A stretch of 62,006 bases of DNA, counting the filler, from Platydemus manokwari (taxonomy: Eukaryota): NCBI GenBank assembly GCA_037951405.1. It is 5 parts of 5 records of this genome, joined end to end, with 100 filler letters (N's around TTAATTAATTAA, not from the genome) between each part and the next. Parts side by side here need not be neighbours in the genome. Positions count along the whole stretch, not along the records: positions 1 to 11,096 come from JBBMOY010911087.1; positions 11,197 to 24,251 come from JBBMOY011864721.1; 3 more parts are not named here. The stretch is one strand, 5' to 3'. A program made the translations under genes and the position numbers. A model generated the notes under the pieces. It made no database searches. It was not told where the DNA came from and saw nothing but the letters and a program-made list of their open reading frames with translations. How positions within the stretch are numbered: the stretch's first letter is position 1; every line of letters begins with the position of its first letter. Of this stretch, positions 1 through 14,100 are shown piece by piece.

Positions 1-1127
1 GCACAATGTTTATTAATCAGAGTGAAAGCAATTAATCAGAGTAAAAGCAGTTATTGTTATTGATCACGATTGTTGCTGTCGGATAATATTGTTGGCATAA
101 TTGAATGGCATTGTTAATTTGATTTATTATTTGATTTATCAGCAGTAGGTCAGTCCATACTCGGGGTCAATGTATATTTTTTGGGTTTAACATATGCACG
201 GGTGTTTATTATATTTGGCTATATTCTATATACATGGGTTATTTTTCGATGTATTATTTTTTGGATCACACTCGGGGTCAATGATATTTGTAGGGTTTTT
301 GTAGAGGGTGTTTGTAGGGTGTGTATATCCAACAATTTCACTATTGGAAATCATATTGTTGCATTCACAACCAGAGTGACTAATCAATTGATTCAATTTA
401 TTAACTAGACTGGAATCCCGAGAAAAAACTGACTGGACAGCTTCATGCAGACTTTCGTTCTAGCTTACAAAATCGATAAATTAAGCTCAATTCGATCACG
501 ACGGACCACATAGAAGAACAGTTTTTTTAATCTCTAATTTTATTCAATAAAATGAGGAAGGTATCTACGGCAATTTTTTGGGTTGTGTTTTTTCATTAAT
601 TTTCGGCACCAAGGTCTTTTCGGCATATTAATCGTTCTCTCGCCCTCCTTTTCACCCGGTTTCCTGCTTGCTTCCGCTGAATGTCAGTATTGACTCAGAT
701 TGCCCTGGGTTTCCCTACCATCACAATACAAAATGCTATAAGTTGTGGTGATATAATTTCCTAGTGTAGTTTTCCGGTTTCAGCATCGTGATCTTATACA
801 GCGAACTCTCCACTGTTTGACCGATTAATTAAATGATATTGTAATACTTCCTCTGGGTCAAAGCATCAACTATCCAAAACACAGAACAGTAATAAATAGG
901 TCGGTCTTATTTTAAAACATTTATATCCCATAGATATGAAAAAGGGAAATGTCAATAACCTCAATGAAAAATCAGTACACACATGTACAACTGATGTGAT
1001 TATATACACTTTATACCTTAACCAAATAGGAAAGAAAATGACAAAGATAAACATAATTATGTACAATTATTAACACAAAACGATAAGTTATTAACATAGG
1101 AATATAAAAATACTTTTAAAGAAATGA

Positions 1128-1585
1128 TGTGTTTTGTAAATAAATAAATATATGATATAAGATTATGTACAGACTATGATAAGATGATTCTCTAAATTAA
1201 ATTAAATTTAATTTAATATTCTATAAATATATACTCTAACTTAATGGTTTGGTTATATTTCCTTATCTTATATTTCCTTTCCTCCTAATCAATTTCTAGT
1301 GCAAAATGAGTATAAACAAATACGTTTTTTTGGTTAAAATATATGTTATGCACAATTTACACCAAATATTAATGTTCCTAGAATCCAGGTCTCAACAAAG
1401 TTAAGCTAACATAATGAGAACTGAGTCCTGATATTTCTGCAATGTACTCTGCTCCCGTACAACTACACTTGTTGCAGGGCTAACTACTGCAATAATAAGT
1501 ATATTACCTGTCTGTAGTTTCTTGTTGAATTCAAGAGAGTTATTCCGTTATTTATTTCCTTATATTGACCACACATCCCTTTTAT
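1128..1585 (-). mobile_element. Probable LTR remnant with polypurine tract
   Basis: On the minus strand AAAAGGGA directly precedes TGTGT (1575), and the segment ends in ACACA at 1128 (5-bp terminal inverted repeat). No second LTR is seen. Confidence 0.35.
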
Positions 1586-2745
1586 GTGAATTTTGTTTAT
1601 CCATTAATTACAATGCATTAATTACAACTGTTATTCTGAACTCTACTACTTGATGGAATATTATGATATTCTGGTGATGATAATAATCAGCATCAATGAG
1701 ACAACCTCAATGATTAAAATCTTGTTTTATTTCAGTCTGTCAAAAGCAGATTAATGGGTATCCACCAAAAATCTGACTCTTCACAGATATAAAATTGTGG
1801 TTGTAAATAATGAATATTGATAATAAAAAATATGAATAATTAATAATTCTTTTGTTGATAATTAAATATACAATGTATTATTAGCTAAGTTTAAAAGTAG
1901 AAGCTTTATGCCCGGAGGGTTTAAGTGCTCCCTACTCTGAATGAAAACTAAAGAAATGAACAATTATATTAGGCCTATAAAATCTAACGACTTTGTAGAT
2001 CGCGATTTACTGTTTTCCAACTAATCGCTTGTCGGAGATTGATGAAAAAGTAAAAATGTAAGAAGTAAGAGAAAGGCTTACCATTTCGAATATATATTAA
2101 TTCAAATGCTTGGGAAAATGCTTCGAACGTGATTCTGGTTTAGTAATATGAATTACTATCTGAGAATGATTAGTTGTGAATGACGATAAGCCGATGGTTC
2201 CTTATTAATAGAAAATTTTTTGCGCATCTGTTCTAAAGCTTGATGGTTTATATAGTTTTTCTCACGAGTTGCTGACTAGGCGTAAAACACATAGTCATGT
2301 TTCCTCGGAGATTTCTGACGTTGCCGTGGTTTTATTGCTGAATAATTCAAGTTTGCATGGCAATGTGTGATTTTGTCATATTAATTTTAAATTAGACACT
2401 GCTGACTAATTGAAACTGATGATTAATTCTATTTGTTATGGAATTTTGTTTTTAACTTGTTGTAATTTTTTATTATTATATTTATGTATTTTTTTATTAT
2501 TATTTTTATTACCTATTTTTATCTTTATATTATCTGTATTATATTATATGTATGTATACCCAATATACTCATATTTATCCATAAACATTGATATTAAAAT
2601 ACATTAAAATATGGGATTTACATGGTTCTCTCTTTATATCGATCCATGAATCACAGTTCGCTAGTTCAATCATACAATCAATTCAACATTTCATTCTATT
2701 CTGTCTGCACCTTTCAGTCGTTATTATCGTGGAAATCCTCTTCTC

Positions 2746-3850
2746 TTAATTATAAGGCTGATTTTCTTGCTGTTCTCTTTCCGTATGGAACTTCCATTGC
2801 AAACAGATCGCATTTATATTCGACTTTATGCATGCAAGAGCTATTTTATTTATCATTTTCTTGTTTATATCTAATTTCTTTAGAACTGTATCGAGAACTT
2901 CTACAACAAAAGTTCTACAGTCCAGTTGGACCACTTTGTTTATTGCATTTCGGAAGTCTGTATTTTTTATATTCTTTTGAGCTGTTTCGGTCATTAAAGC
3001 AGGTTCATACATGGGGCATTTTACATCTACTAGGTAGATCGTGGATTTTCAATCATTGACATTCTTTCTCTACAAAGAATCTGTAATCCGTATTGTTAAT
3101 AATTTCCTTGGTCGATATATCCATGGTTCTGTCGAGCCGATAGAGTACAAATGAGTTAGATGGTTTTCAGCAGGTGAAAACGTGTGTATGCAATTCCACG
3201 TCATATATACATTTTCTGCATCCCATTCCTCTATTGTACTTTTTATTCAGAGTGGGAAGGTTGTCCGTCCTTCCGTTATGAATAAATTTGAATTCAGATA
3301 TAGTTAGATGCTCACTAAAAACTACTTTTTACCACATTGGACTAATAACTTCAGCGTAGGTGCTAAAGCGTCCATTTTTGATTTGATTACTCCAGTTTTT
3401 TAATGTTGTATATGTTTTCCATTTCTCTGGTACTTCTTCGTTATCTAGATATTTTGTGAAAATCTTGTGTATATATTTGTTTCTGGGTTTGCATATAGAA
3501 TATCTTTATAATTGATCTTGTTTTTTCCAGGAGCCCTTGGGTCATATTTGCAAAGGGTTGTATAAATTATTTCTGGTTATATTCTGCTGAAGTCAAAGTT
3601 TTGGCTCCTTTTAGTAACTTTCTTTAGTGAACAAAAATTTTACATTTAATATAAAGGCAGCAGATGGAGCGTGGTTAAACAGTCTCCATAGTTTTAGGTT
3701 AGTTTCAACTCTTTTTTCATCATTGGCTCTACCCATATATGGGTTACTTGGTGATTTAATTGTGCAGACACAGCGGATAATAGTATTTGATAAAAATTTC
3801 ATCTAATGTTACATTTGTAAAATTGTTAGCCACTCCTTCTGCAAATGATT
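2746..3850 (-). mobile_element. Decayed 3' part of an RLE-type non-LTR retrotransposon (NeSL/Utopia/R2-like)
   Basis: The minus strand reads FKFIHNGRTDNLPTLN...CRKCIYDVELHTHVFTC*...RLD (CCHC knuckle plus degenerate RHD), then a restriction-like endonuclease tail (ORF 2746-3012). Stops and frameshifts are present; boundaries are approximate. Confidence 0.7.
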
Positions 3851-6701
3851 TCCTGATTCAAATGTATGTTTTTGGCAATTATCAGGAATGCAATCAGGAA
3901 TCAAATTATTTTTTCTGTTATAAAAAACATAAGATAATTTAATTGTCAAAAGAGAATTACAAATACAAATACAAAGATTTTGATGCTACAACAAGAAAAA
4001 TAATGACTAGTCCGTTTGCATAGCAGATGAAACAAGTTTCGTAACAGAAGTCAATGATAAGATAAAATATAATCAATATGATAAATTAATATGCACGTAA
4101 TTTAACTTTACTAAGTACAGGAAATTTTGATATCATTATTGGAAAGCCTTTTACTAACGAGAATCCAATAAGAAACAGATATAACAAAAAAACGCTGAGC
4201 GGTAGATTAAAAATCCACAATGAGAACACGTAACAACTCACGGGAAAGAGTGAAAAGCGACAAAGCCATAGTGCAAATAAATTATAAAGTCAAGGAGAAT
4301 GAAGTTACAAGAAATATACGATATGGAACAATGCAGATTATATTAGCCAGAGAATGTAGAGAAAGCAATAAAAAGTATATTAATATGACATACAAAGAGA
4401 ATGTTATTATTATTAGGGATACAAAGATTATTTTACTGAGTTATTACTTTCTTATTTTTATGAATTTTTTAATGAAATGATTCGTAAAATTATTTTTATA
4501 AAAATTTTGCACGATGCAATTGTTAATGTGTAGTTGTTAAATCCAATTGATTATATAATATTATGTTCTAATGTTTAAATAGCTCAAGATAGTTATGATA
4601 TCAGTTTTAGTTGATTATTAATTATGATGTTTAGCGTTTAACATTACCCAAAGTTCATTATGTTTAGATAGTAAATAATTATACTATTGTTTTATCATAT
4701 TTATTGTTTGCACATACACTGGTATGTACTAGTCTTTTAGATATAAATCTTTTGAGTGCTCTGATACTGCTCTGGGTATTTAATAAAATACGAAATTTTA
4801 CTTATTTCCGGTAGAAATTAAAATCGTTGTAGAGTTTTTGTCGATACCGGATTAACAAGCGTAACAAATAAAAAAATAGGGAAATTTAAATGTGTTCAAA
4901 ATTTGAATGACCATAATATAAACCTGGTAAATTATTCTGAAAACATTGACCAAACAGTAAAAATGACAGGGAATTCATACGCATTTCTCATTTAGTATAA
5001 CTCAGTGCTTTGTCTTTGTGTCCGGTAACATTTTAAGTATTGTTATGATTAATTCCTTCGGCCGCAAATAAGGTTTTCTTTGTGATTTGATTTTGTTCCT
5101 AGTCTTTAGAACATAACTGTGTATTTATTTGGTTTAAATTATGACGTATAATAGCTTGTGTTGTATTCATGTTTATAATTAAATCTGAATAATAAATTAA
5201 ATCTAAATTTCATTAATTTACAAAAATGTTTTATTCTTATCACAGAAAAATATATTTTTGAAGAAAATATTCTAAAATAGCAGCTATTCGTTGTTTCTTC
5301 AACAAATAATGAAAGTATACTGAAACTATTTAATGATTGTTCAGCCAATGCTTATCATTTAAGTATCAAACATATTTCGATGTTTACTTGTTCTTATTAA
5401 ACAAAATTATATGAAGAAATCTAATATAGTATAAATTGACAATACAACTTGTACAAAAGTAAATTCATATCCTTAAAATCATATACTTTTACTTGAATTT
5501 GTAATATTTTTATTAATTATATTTGACGAAATTATCACAACTAATTAAATATTATTAGCGTACTAAAAGAAATTACTTATAAAATTTTAATCAGTCCAAC
5601 CATCCTATACTTGATTAACAGTACATTTCATTAATAACGGCACTTTTATCTAAACGCATTAAAACTTAACAGTAGAACTAAAGAAAATCTTAACAAATAA
5701 AAAAAATATATTGCAACTTTAACCCTTAAACCACATTGCATGTTCCAATATATACATAAAAATGACATTATATACATACTCTGAAAAACCGTAAACACTA
5801 AATGGATACAAAGCAAAAAACCGAAACTATCGAAAACAATTAATAACAAATGTCCTTCTGAACGTTTCGCAAATACTTTGTGTTTCAATAACATATTTTT
5901 CAACACTAGAGCGCATTTAAGTCGTTTACTTAATGTTTCGAAAGATTGCGTAAGTTTTCACACCCCAACTATACGATATCTGATTATAATCCTGCGTTCA
6001 CGTAGTAAAATGAAATTGACTTTATTAAAATTTATGCTTAAATACTTTAATAATTTATAAATACAAATTAGTTTTACTACATCACCAGTGAAAAGTATAA
6101 TTCAAATGTAAATTAATTAACCCTGAAATCCGGACGGACAACTTAATTCTAATTTTAATAAACATTCTCCTTATGAATCTATATCCATCTGTTAATATTG
6201 TTCATGATGAATTTAAATAAAATTTAAATGATTCTGGAAATGTAATATCACGTTTAATGAATCATATGATTAACAAATGATAAACTTAGATACCACCTCC
6301 CATTTAGAGAATTAAAATCAACAAAACTCACAAATTAATTAATTACCTTTTAATAATATAATTATACTTGATTTTCTAAATAACTCAAACGTAGAGCTTT
6401 TATTCACCTAGTTTAATCAAACATTATTCTTAATATTATTAAAACAATGATGTGGTGTCGATATTAATATGACCACAGAATGGAACACACTTTTGTTCAT
6501 TTTTACTAGACGATCATTAACCTGTTTTAGTAAGGCAACAATTTATATAAATAAAAAAAACTTTTACACAAGTTAAATTACAATTTAATAGAATGCATAA
6601 ATTAATTTTCTTTAAAATTAATTCTTTCACAGAAAGTGATGTATCACGCATATATATTTCGAATTTATAAACTATCTTTCTGATTCTCACCAAATGATGG
6701 T

Positions 6702-9444
6702 TCAAATATTCTTTCTTTTGAATAAGAAGCCAGATATTCTTGCCTTGAATTTTCAAGTACCATTGCTAAAACATCATCTTCATCCATATCTGAAATTAAT
6801 TAAATCGGCAGTCGATAACTTAATTCTTTACCTAGCATTTCTACTGGCATGTGTCGAAGAATACTGTCATCTACACTCTTAATTACCTTAATAGGATCTT
6901 TAATATCACCCCCAGAATAGCTACATGACGCAGAACTTGAAGCGGGCGAAGAAAGTCTTTTATGTTTTTCTTTAAAATTATTTTTAAATACTAAATTATT
7001 TTCTTCCGACTTCTTATTCTAAAAATAAATGATTACTGATTTACCTTTTCAGCATATTCTTAGCAAAAAAATTACAAAATTAGCAATTGAATGGCCTAAT
7101 TTTATAATTTTATCAAAAACAATTATAAAACTAAATATGTTGACATTATTTATTAATAAATTGAAAGAAATTTTCAAATTCTAGTGATTAGATAAGATTT
7201 TATAATATATTATTTGTTTGTTTTTTAGTTACACGAACAAAAAGTAAGCACTTAAATTTATTTCAAGAAATTTTAGTAGTTTTGTTTTTTTTATTTAGAA
7301 TTGAATAAAGTTAAATTAATAAATTAATAGAAAATAAACTTTTTTAAGTAAATGAAATTTTTAAATATAAATGAAAATTTCAAAAAATTAAGAAATAATT
7401 CAGGTATTTTTTCAAGAATTTTCTGAATATTAATAAGAAACAATTAAAACTATAAAATCTGATTAAGACGTTTTATTAATAATCATCACCAAGAGGACAT
7501 CATGACAATGTCGATCGATGGATATTTTTTCAAAAAACAGTGGTTAAAAATATTTAATATTGGATAACGTTTGGAGTCGACGACAATAAAAGATAATTTC
7601 ACCAATATCAATTTAAAATAAATCAATTAATATTCTAAAACTTTTATTTTAATCGTAAAAATTCTAAGCAACTAATAAAATTATTGATTTAGTCTTAATT
7701 CAAACCTATACTTAGCACGCAGTTTTATAGGTGAAAATTATTCAATTAAAATATAACATATGTTTTGTGCCTTTGGGAAATGGAGCTGATGAAGGGTTAT
7801 CTCAATTACAACAACCACATTAGGAATATGTAATTGATAACGTTGATAATACCATCGGTTGTTGTTATAATAATAAACAATTTGATTCAATCCAATGAAA
7901 TTCCAAACAATACTAAAAATAGCTAAACATTACCAATATTGTATCATTATTAGATGTTTTAGATGTATTAAATTATGAAAGCATTCGTAATACCTAAAAT
8001 ACTTGATTAACAAATTAAAATTTGATTGTAAAATTACTTCTATTAGCCTTTATTGAAAAATATTTCAATCAAATAATTACCTTAGAACTTAAAAACTGTA
8101 AATATTCCAAATAAGATTCCTTAGCCACTTGTTCAGCTATACTTCTTTCAATAGCTTGATTTTCAGATTGTAAAATTCTATCTTGTAATATCGTTTCTTC
8201 AATTTGAATATTTTCTGACTCGTTTTTTGCTTTTTCAACCAATTCAGGCTCAGAAAGCTGACATAATATACTCTAGAGTGCGAAAAAATTAACTTTATTT
8301 ACCCTTGGTTGGTAATTAGGCATTCCAAGGCCTTCACCAAAGGTAGGATTTTGTGGATCAACGATTGAGTTATAATGAATACCACCGTGATAACTTAATC
8401 GTAATGGTGGTAAATCATTATATTCACGATGAAAGACATTGATAGGTTCCAAGGAATTATGATATATTTCAACAGGCCGATTGTATAGCTCAGAAATAGC
8501 CTGTATTTCTACATGATTTCCATGAGTGTGTGGATCTAATTTTCTAATCAAATAATGTTCAAAATCTTCGGAAATAAATTGTGAAAAATGTTCTCGATTT
8601 TGTTTCTAAAACAGTATTCATTTCATCGATTATAAATATTTTTTCCTAACCATATAATTAATAACTTGTTCCCGAATAATCAAATGTCTTTCTTCATCTC
8701 CAAAGATTTGATGTGCTATAAAATAATGCATACGTATATTTAATTTTTATAAATCTCACCAACTGCCCTAAATAGGCAAGCCCCATCTGCTCCAACAACA
8801 ATAATTTTCCATCCTTTCTTTTCTTTCAATAGTGTACTCATTTGACTTTCTTCAACCTTTAAAAGATTAAAATCATGTATATATTCATAAATTATAACTT
8901 GGAAAGGAACTTGTGATCTACTTCCAGTTGCCATATAATACTCATCTTCACTATTATTTCCACTATTTTCATTAAATATATCTGAAACTTTGCTTCGTCT
9001 ATCTGTTAATTTTGGAGGATTAATACAGTCACCAGTGAATAGTGATCTTGGTCTTTTGGGTAAGCTTGGTTGAGTATCATAATTGTACAAACGCATATCA
9101 TTGTTAAAAGAAAGAACATGATTTTCAACCGATACTTGTCTTCTGGAAACAGGAAAATGAGAGTTTGAATCACTTGCCGTAGCACCATAGTTAAAGTGAT
9201 TATGGGGATATCGAGAACTCTTGTCGTTTCGATCATTTTCAGATGATCTTTCGTGCTTAGATCTTTCTTTTTTATACTTTTTAATAGTCATATCGTTCTC
9301 GTCTTCAGATTTATATACAGATAAATTTGCAAGCAAACTTGAAATTATATTATCTAATCTATCGTCACTATTTTCACAATCAGATGAATTTGAAGAATCT
9401 AAATCAGGCTGCGTTAGTTTGGCATCAAAATATGAATGAACCAT
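6702..9444 (-). CDS. OTUD5: OTU-domain deubiquitinase OTUD5/DUBA, multi-exon
   Basis: Hand-spliced exons 9444 (or 9291)-8899, 8856-8760, 8715-8651, 8605-8303 and 8257-8081 give MTIKK...NSEDEY...KKGWKII...DGACLFRAVAHQIFGDEERH...HGNHVEIQAISELYNRPVEIY...RLSYHGGIHYNSIVDP...GLGMPNYQP...IAEQVAKESYLEYL. The terminal exon DMDEDDVLAMVLENSRQEYLAS is the C-terminal UIM, with TGA at 6702-6704. Catalytic Cys and His are present. Exons between about 7050 and 8080 are unresolved, and the start could be 9444 or 9291. Confidence 0.95.
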
Positions 9445-10243
9445 CACATATCATACGCCATAATAAAATAAAATCTTTAATTTACAATAACAATTAATGT
9501 TAGATTATATTAAACAAATTTAAACAAGTTCGTCGTAAATATGTAATTTGATAATTAATTAAATTTAAAGTAAATCAAAAAATCATTTAACTTGAGATTT
9601 CATAAAAAATTAATTATTTTTATTCTGAAAATGTTTACAAATTTTATTATTTTGTATAATTTATAAATTATTGAATGATAAGTTTTACAAATTAAGTTAT
9701 TAAGAAGAAAATGCTTAATATGCAGAAAAATTATTTTTTAGCAATAAAATAAGGTAATTTTCAAAATTCCTTTGCAACAAGAATTTTTTGTAAAAATAGC
9801 GTTAACAACTCACATTAATACAAAATGTAACTGTATATTTAAATTGCTTTAAGCAAAAGCTCAGATCTCAAACCCAAGTGCATAACAAAAGATATTTTGT
9901 TAAATATTGAAGTATCAACTCAAAAATGGTTTAGTTAATTGATTTCGAATAGGTTAATTATGCTTGAATATGATTGTATTAATAAATATGATAATATCCT
10001 TAGTAATTATATGAAATAAAGTTGATAACATTTAGATAAGTAATGTTAGATCCCAATATTTATTATACATAAAATTGAAGAAATTTTTTTTAATTAAATC
10101 ACTACACACAACATCGTGAAAACTAATACAAAGCACAAGGATTCTCAATTCTATCACTGAATATCCGTTAATAAAAGGAAAAATTTAATCTATCTTTGGA
10201 AATTGTAAAGAGAGTTAAGATAAATAGTTATAAGAATCCTTAG

Positions 10244-10639
10244 TGCTATCATATAATCTCCATTTATTATCCGAAGATGAAAGACGAAAGTAGGTGGAAA
10301 TAGGTCGGTTTATGTGTGGAAGTTAATTGTATATGTATTCAGTTTGGAACACATGAAATTACACGAAGAACATAAAGGCCATGAACGAATGCATTTAGAA
10401 ATGTTTCTAATTTTGGTTGTTTTTCTCATAATTAGTCAATTTCTTTTGATTCAATGGCGCCAAAGACATTTGAAATCGTTCCAACAAGCAACATTGTTAG
10501 GCATGTGGATTGTGCCATTGATCATTAGCATTTATAATTATTGGCCGAGATTCATAATCATATGGTCGGTTTTTTCGATAATCACTGCATTTGTGGCATT
10601 TGCAGCCACTAGGAAACCGATTTCAATGAAAACACCGAG
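10244..10639 (+). CDS. RNF121: RING finger membrane E3 ligase RNF121/RNF175, 5' exons only (partial)
   Basis: Exon ~10244-10290 (LSEDERR), a 52-nt intron and exon 10343-10639 (LEHMKLHEEHKGHERMHLEMFLIL...QWRQRH...TLLGMWIVPL...ATRKP...TPR|gt) match the RNF121 N-terminal TM region. The start codon is unresolved, and RING exons were not found before the contig break at 11097. Confidence 0.9.
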
Positions 10640-11031
10640 GTATGTCGTGAAATGTGGGAGATTTATTTCTGAGTATATTTTGAATATTGGCAGATGTTAT
10701 TGCCTGTTATTCACTTGAATATTTGTCATTAATCAATCATTTAGTTGTCATTCATTTCTCATTAATATTGCAATTATTAGTGACAAAGTTTTTATATATT
10801 TGCTAATAAAATATTATAAATATAATTATTTTTTGGCTATCATTGATTAATTAATTAATTATTATATTATTTATATAAATTATTATTATTACTAAGGTTA
10901 TAATAATTATTATTGTTAGCATTAAAAGCGATTATTATTAATGTCATTATTATTTATTATTATTAGGGTTGTTATAATGGTTGTTATTATTAAAATATTT
11001 TTTTCATTTGTTATTATTGTTATTAATATTA

Positions 11032-11033
<2 letters not shown>

Positions 11034-11086
<53 letters not shown>

Positions 11087-11096
11087 CATTATTATT
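11034..11096. repeat. (ATT)n microsatellite at contig end
   Basis: Near-perfect ATT run into the gap. Confidence 0.97.
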
Positions 11097-11196
11097 NNNN
11101 NNNNNNNNNNNNNNNNNNNNNNNNNNNNNNNNNNNNNNNNTTAATTAATTAANNNNNNNNNNNNNNNNNNNNNNNNNNNNNNNNNNNNNNNNNNNN
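11097..11196. other. Artificial assembly linker (44N-TTAATTAATTAA-44N)
   Basis: Identical 100-bp spacer occurs four times; the 12-mer places stop codons in all six frames. Confidence 0.98.
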
Positions 11197-14100
11197 AACC
11201 TGAAATCAAGGTTATCAATAATATCTTTGACCTTGTTTCTCGTTATTGCTTCACTGATGAACGGGTCAAGTACATATATTTTCATTGATACAATTGTGTT
11301 TTCTAGTTGGTGAGTATGGTTTGGATGGTATGACAACAATATTATCGTATTAATTCGCTTTATGTTTGTCTATGTTATAATATCAGATAGGGTCACTGGG
11401 ATCTGAGAAAATGCCTATCATTGTTAGCTTATACTAAGAGAAGAAATGCAGAAACAGAATCGGCAAGATACATGCTACAACATTAATAAAATATGAATAA
11501 ACAGAAAAAAATAATTTAACAGTTTAGTTCCCATAAACTGTCTATTAAATCTATTATCAATCAATTAATCATGGAACTTATGGAATTAAGCTGTGATTGT
11601 CATAAATTTAAATTGATATGATTTAAATCTAGCTTCACAGACCAATCGGATTTCAGCGATGATTCTCGATCAAATATCAGATCATTCAACAGTCTCGGAG
11701 CAGAAAAGTTATTTTTTATCTGAGCTATTTGAAATCCTTGTAAATAGAACTTCTCTGGAACTTCCAATCAATTCCAACCCTTTAATAAGTCAATCGATAT
11801 CCCCTCATAAAAGTTATTTCAAGTTTGATTACTCATTACATCATCATCATATGTATTATTTCAGAATTCAATCGTTACAATGAACAAGAAAACAACTAAT
11901 TTTCAAATTACAAGCCTTTGTTATCAGATAATGAAGCAGTCAAATCTGTTTAGAAGTACAAAATCTTGAATTTCAAGAAATATATTTGATAAAATAGACT
12001 AAATAAGCACATTATACAAGACTTTTATATGTTCTGACTTTTCAATTCTTTTTCAACGCGTATTTTATGAAATAGTATATAACATGGCAAATCGCGTACT
12101 TGAATTCGATTCTGAGAAGATATGTGATATGAAAGTATAAAAGATTCTGGGAAAGATGTAGAGAAAATATAGAAATGACAATACAAGTATGTTTAGGATT
12201 GGAGTTATTACTGCAGTAAATTGGTCCAGAAAACACAACCACCTAATTAACAAATCACTCAAAAATTTAAATAGTATACCTTTTTCTAGAATGATCCCTC
12301 AACTTTGGTCTTATTCTAATTAACTATAATTCGTCAAATAAGCTATTATAATCATTTAACCAGTAATAATTACAAATTTTAAATAATAGCTTATGAATAT
12401 GTTCATTACTATGGAAGTTAACCAAACATACAAAAAACTTTCTAATTTTTTTACAAATATTGATCTGATGTTGTTTTAATATTTATAAAGACATTATTAC
12501 CTAGTAATTTGTGATATGGTTTTGAAATTATTTTTTAAATATTTTTAAATGATTTCATCAAATTGGAAATTTCAATATTTTATATTGAAATGTATGTGTT
12601 TTGGATTGGTTGCAGTAGCCTGAGGCTTTTTATTTTATTATGCTAGAACAATTATTTCTAATAATTTACCACCACTGATATAATAATTCGGATTTTGTTT
12701 TCATATGAATATATATTTAAATATTAATTTAGACTTATTTATTTTAATAAAATTTCATTTTTATAGTTTTCCATAAATTCAAAGGTTTTATTTAAATGTT
12801 TTTTAAATTTTAGTTATTTACCTTGTTCGAGTAACTCTTATACAACAAAACTTCATTTATCATCTAATGTGAAGTTTTTCTATATATTTATATTTTATAT
12901 GTATATATTTGACTAAAACAATTTGATTTTTCCGCTAAAGTTAAGAAAAGGAGTCTTAACTTCCAATTTTGAATTTATTGAGTGCAAACATTCCATACAG
13001 TTTATTTAATTCCATTCTTTTAAAACATTTTGAATTTTTTATTTAAGTACTTAAGAAGAATTTTCGTCGTTTGAAATAAAATTTTAAATAGACTAGAACT
13101 TTCAATTTCATAAAAATTGGTGATTTGAAAAACGAGTTAATTTATGGAAAATTAACAAGGATAAATAATATTAGATTATTAAACAGGTTGCTATTTTATT
13201 TGCTCCATTTATAATTTAAAAATTTTAATTTAAATACTCAAAAAGTCATTTAGAAGTGTTTTGATTAGAATAGGAATTTGGTGTAGCGTGTTTATTTAGC
13301 TCCGATTCGACATTACAAAGTCTGATCTATCGACTGAACTGTGTAAATAAATCAACTTTCACAAAATGATTTTAAAAAACCTGAAAATAAAACTAAATAT
13401 TTTAAAAAGGTATAGTTATATAACATTTGATGATTTCAAAGTCGAGATGTGACAATCCTGGAGAAAAACACTGCATGATAAATATAAAAATTATCCATTA
13501 AAATATTACTTTATATTTAATTACTGATGGATGAAGCTGGGTCAATCAATTGGAAATCTTATTAGATGTCTTTCAAATTCAGGATATCAGCATGTACCGT
13601 GAATCATTCTTAGTGCTTTGTAAATCTGGATAGCCGAAACATTTATGCTCAAAACATTGAATCGACATTGAATTGTGATTGTTGATTTTTCAGATAGAAT
13701 TTAGCTGTTTTTATTTTTTTCATCCAAAATTGAATTGTAATTTAAAGTATGATAAAAATATTACTAGAAATAAATTTGAAAATTAAATAATACACAAAAA
13801 TAATTATATAAAAATCATTATATTAAAATTAGGTCAAAAGATTCTTTTTCCTAATTTAAACCGATTTTTCTCTTATGATTTTGACCCAGTGAAAATTAAT
13901 CTATATTCGAGTGTATAATAAAATTGATATTTGATCAAACAATATATTCTCTTGCTATTTTCAGTTTGAACTTAAGATTATCGGTTTGTGTATCTATGGC
14001 ATCTCTGGAAATATATGCACTACAAACTCGATTTTTTACTCGTTAAGGAATTCTGATTGTTCTATTCAATTTCTTTTAGAATATTTTCTAGTTAACCACT

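Noticed and set aside
12-283. 19-bp tandem duplication (12-49) and ACTCGGGGTCAATG direct repeat (159, 270), suggestive of an array
   Set aside because: Only two copies each in a eukaryotic TE-like context; not CRISPR or an organised array.
5719-6145. TTAACCCT piggyBac-like ends (also at about 24050)
   Set aside because: No inverted partner end or transposase found.
10941-11339. Poly-Ile ORF and ORFs containing X
   Set aside because: Translation of the (ATT)n microsatellite and the N gap.
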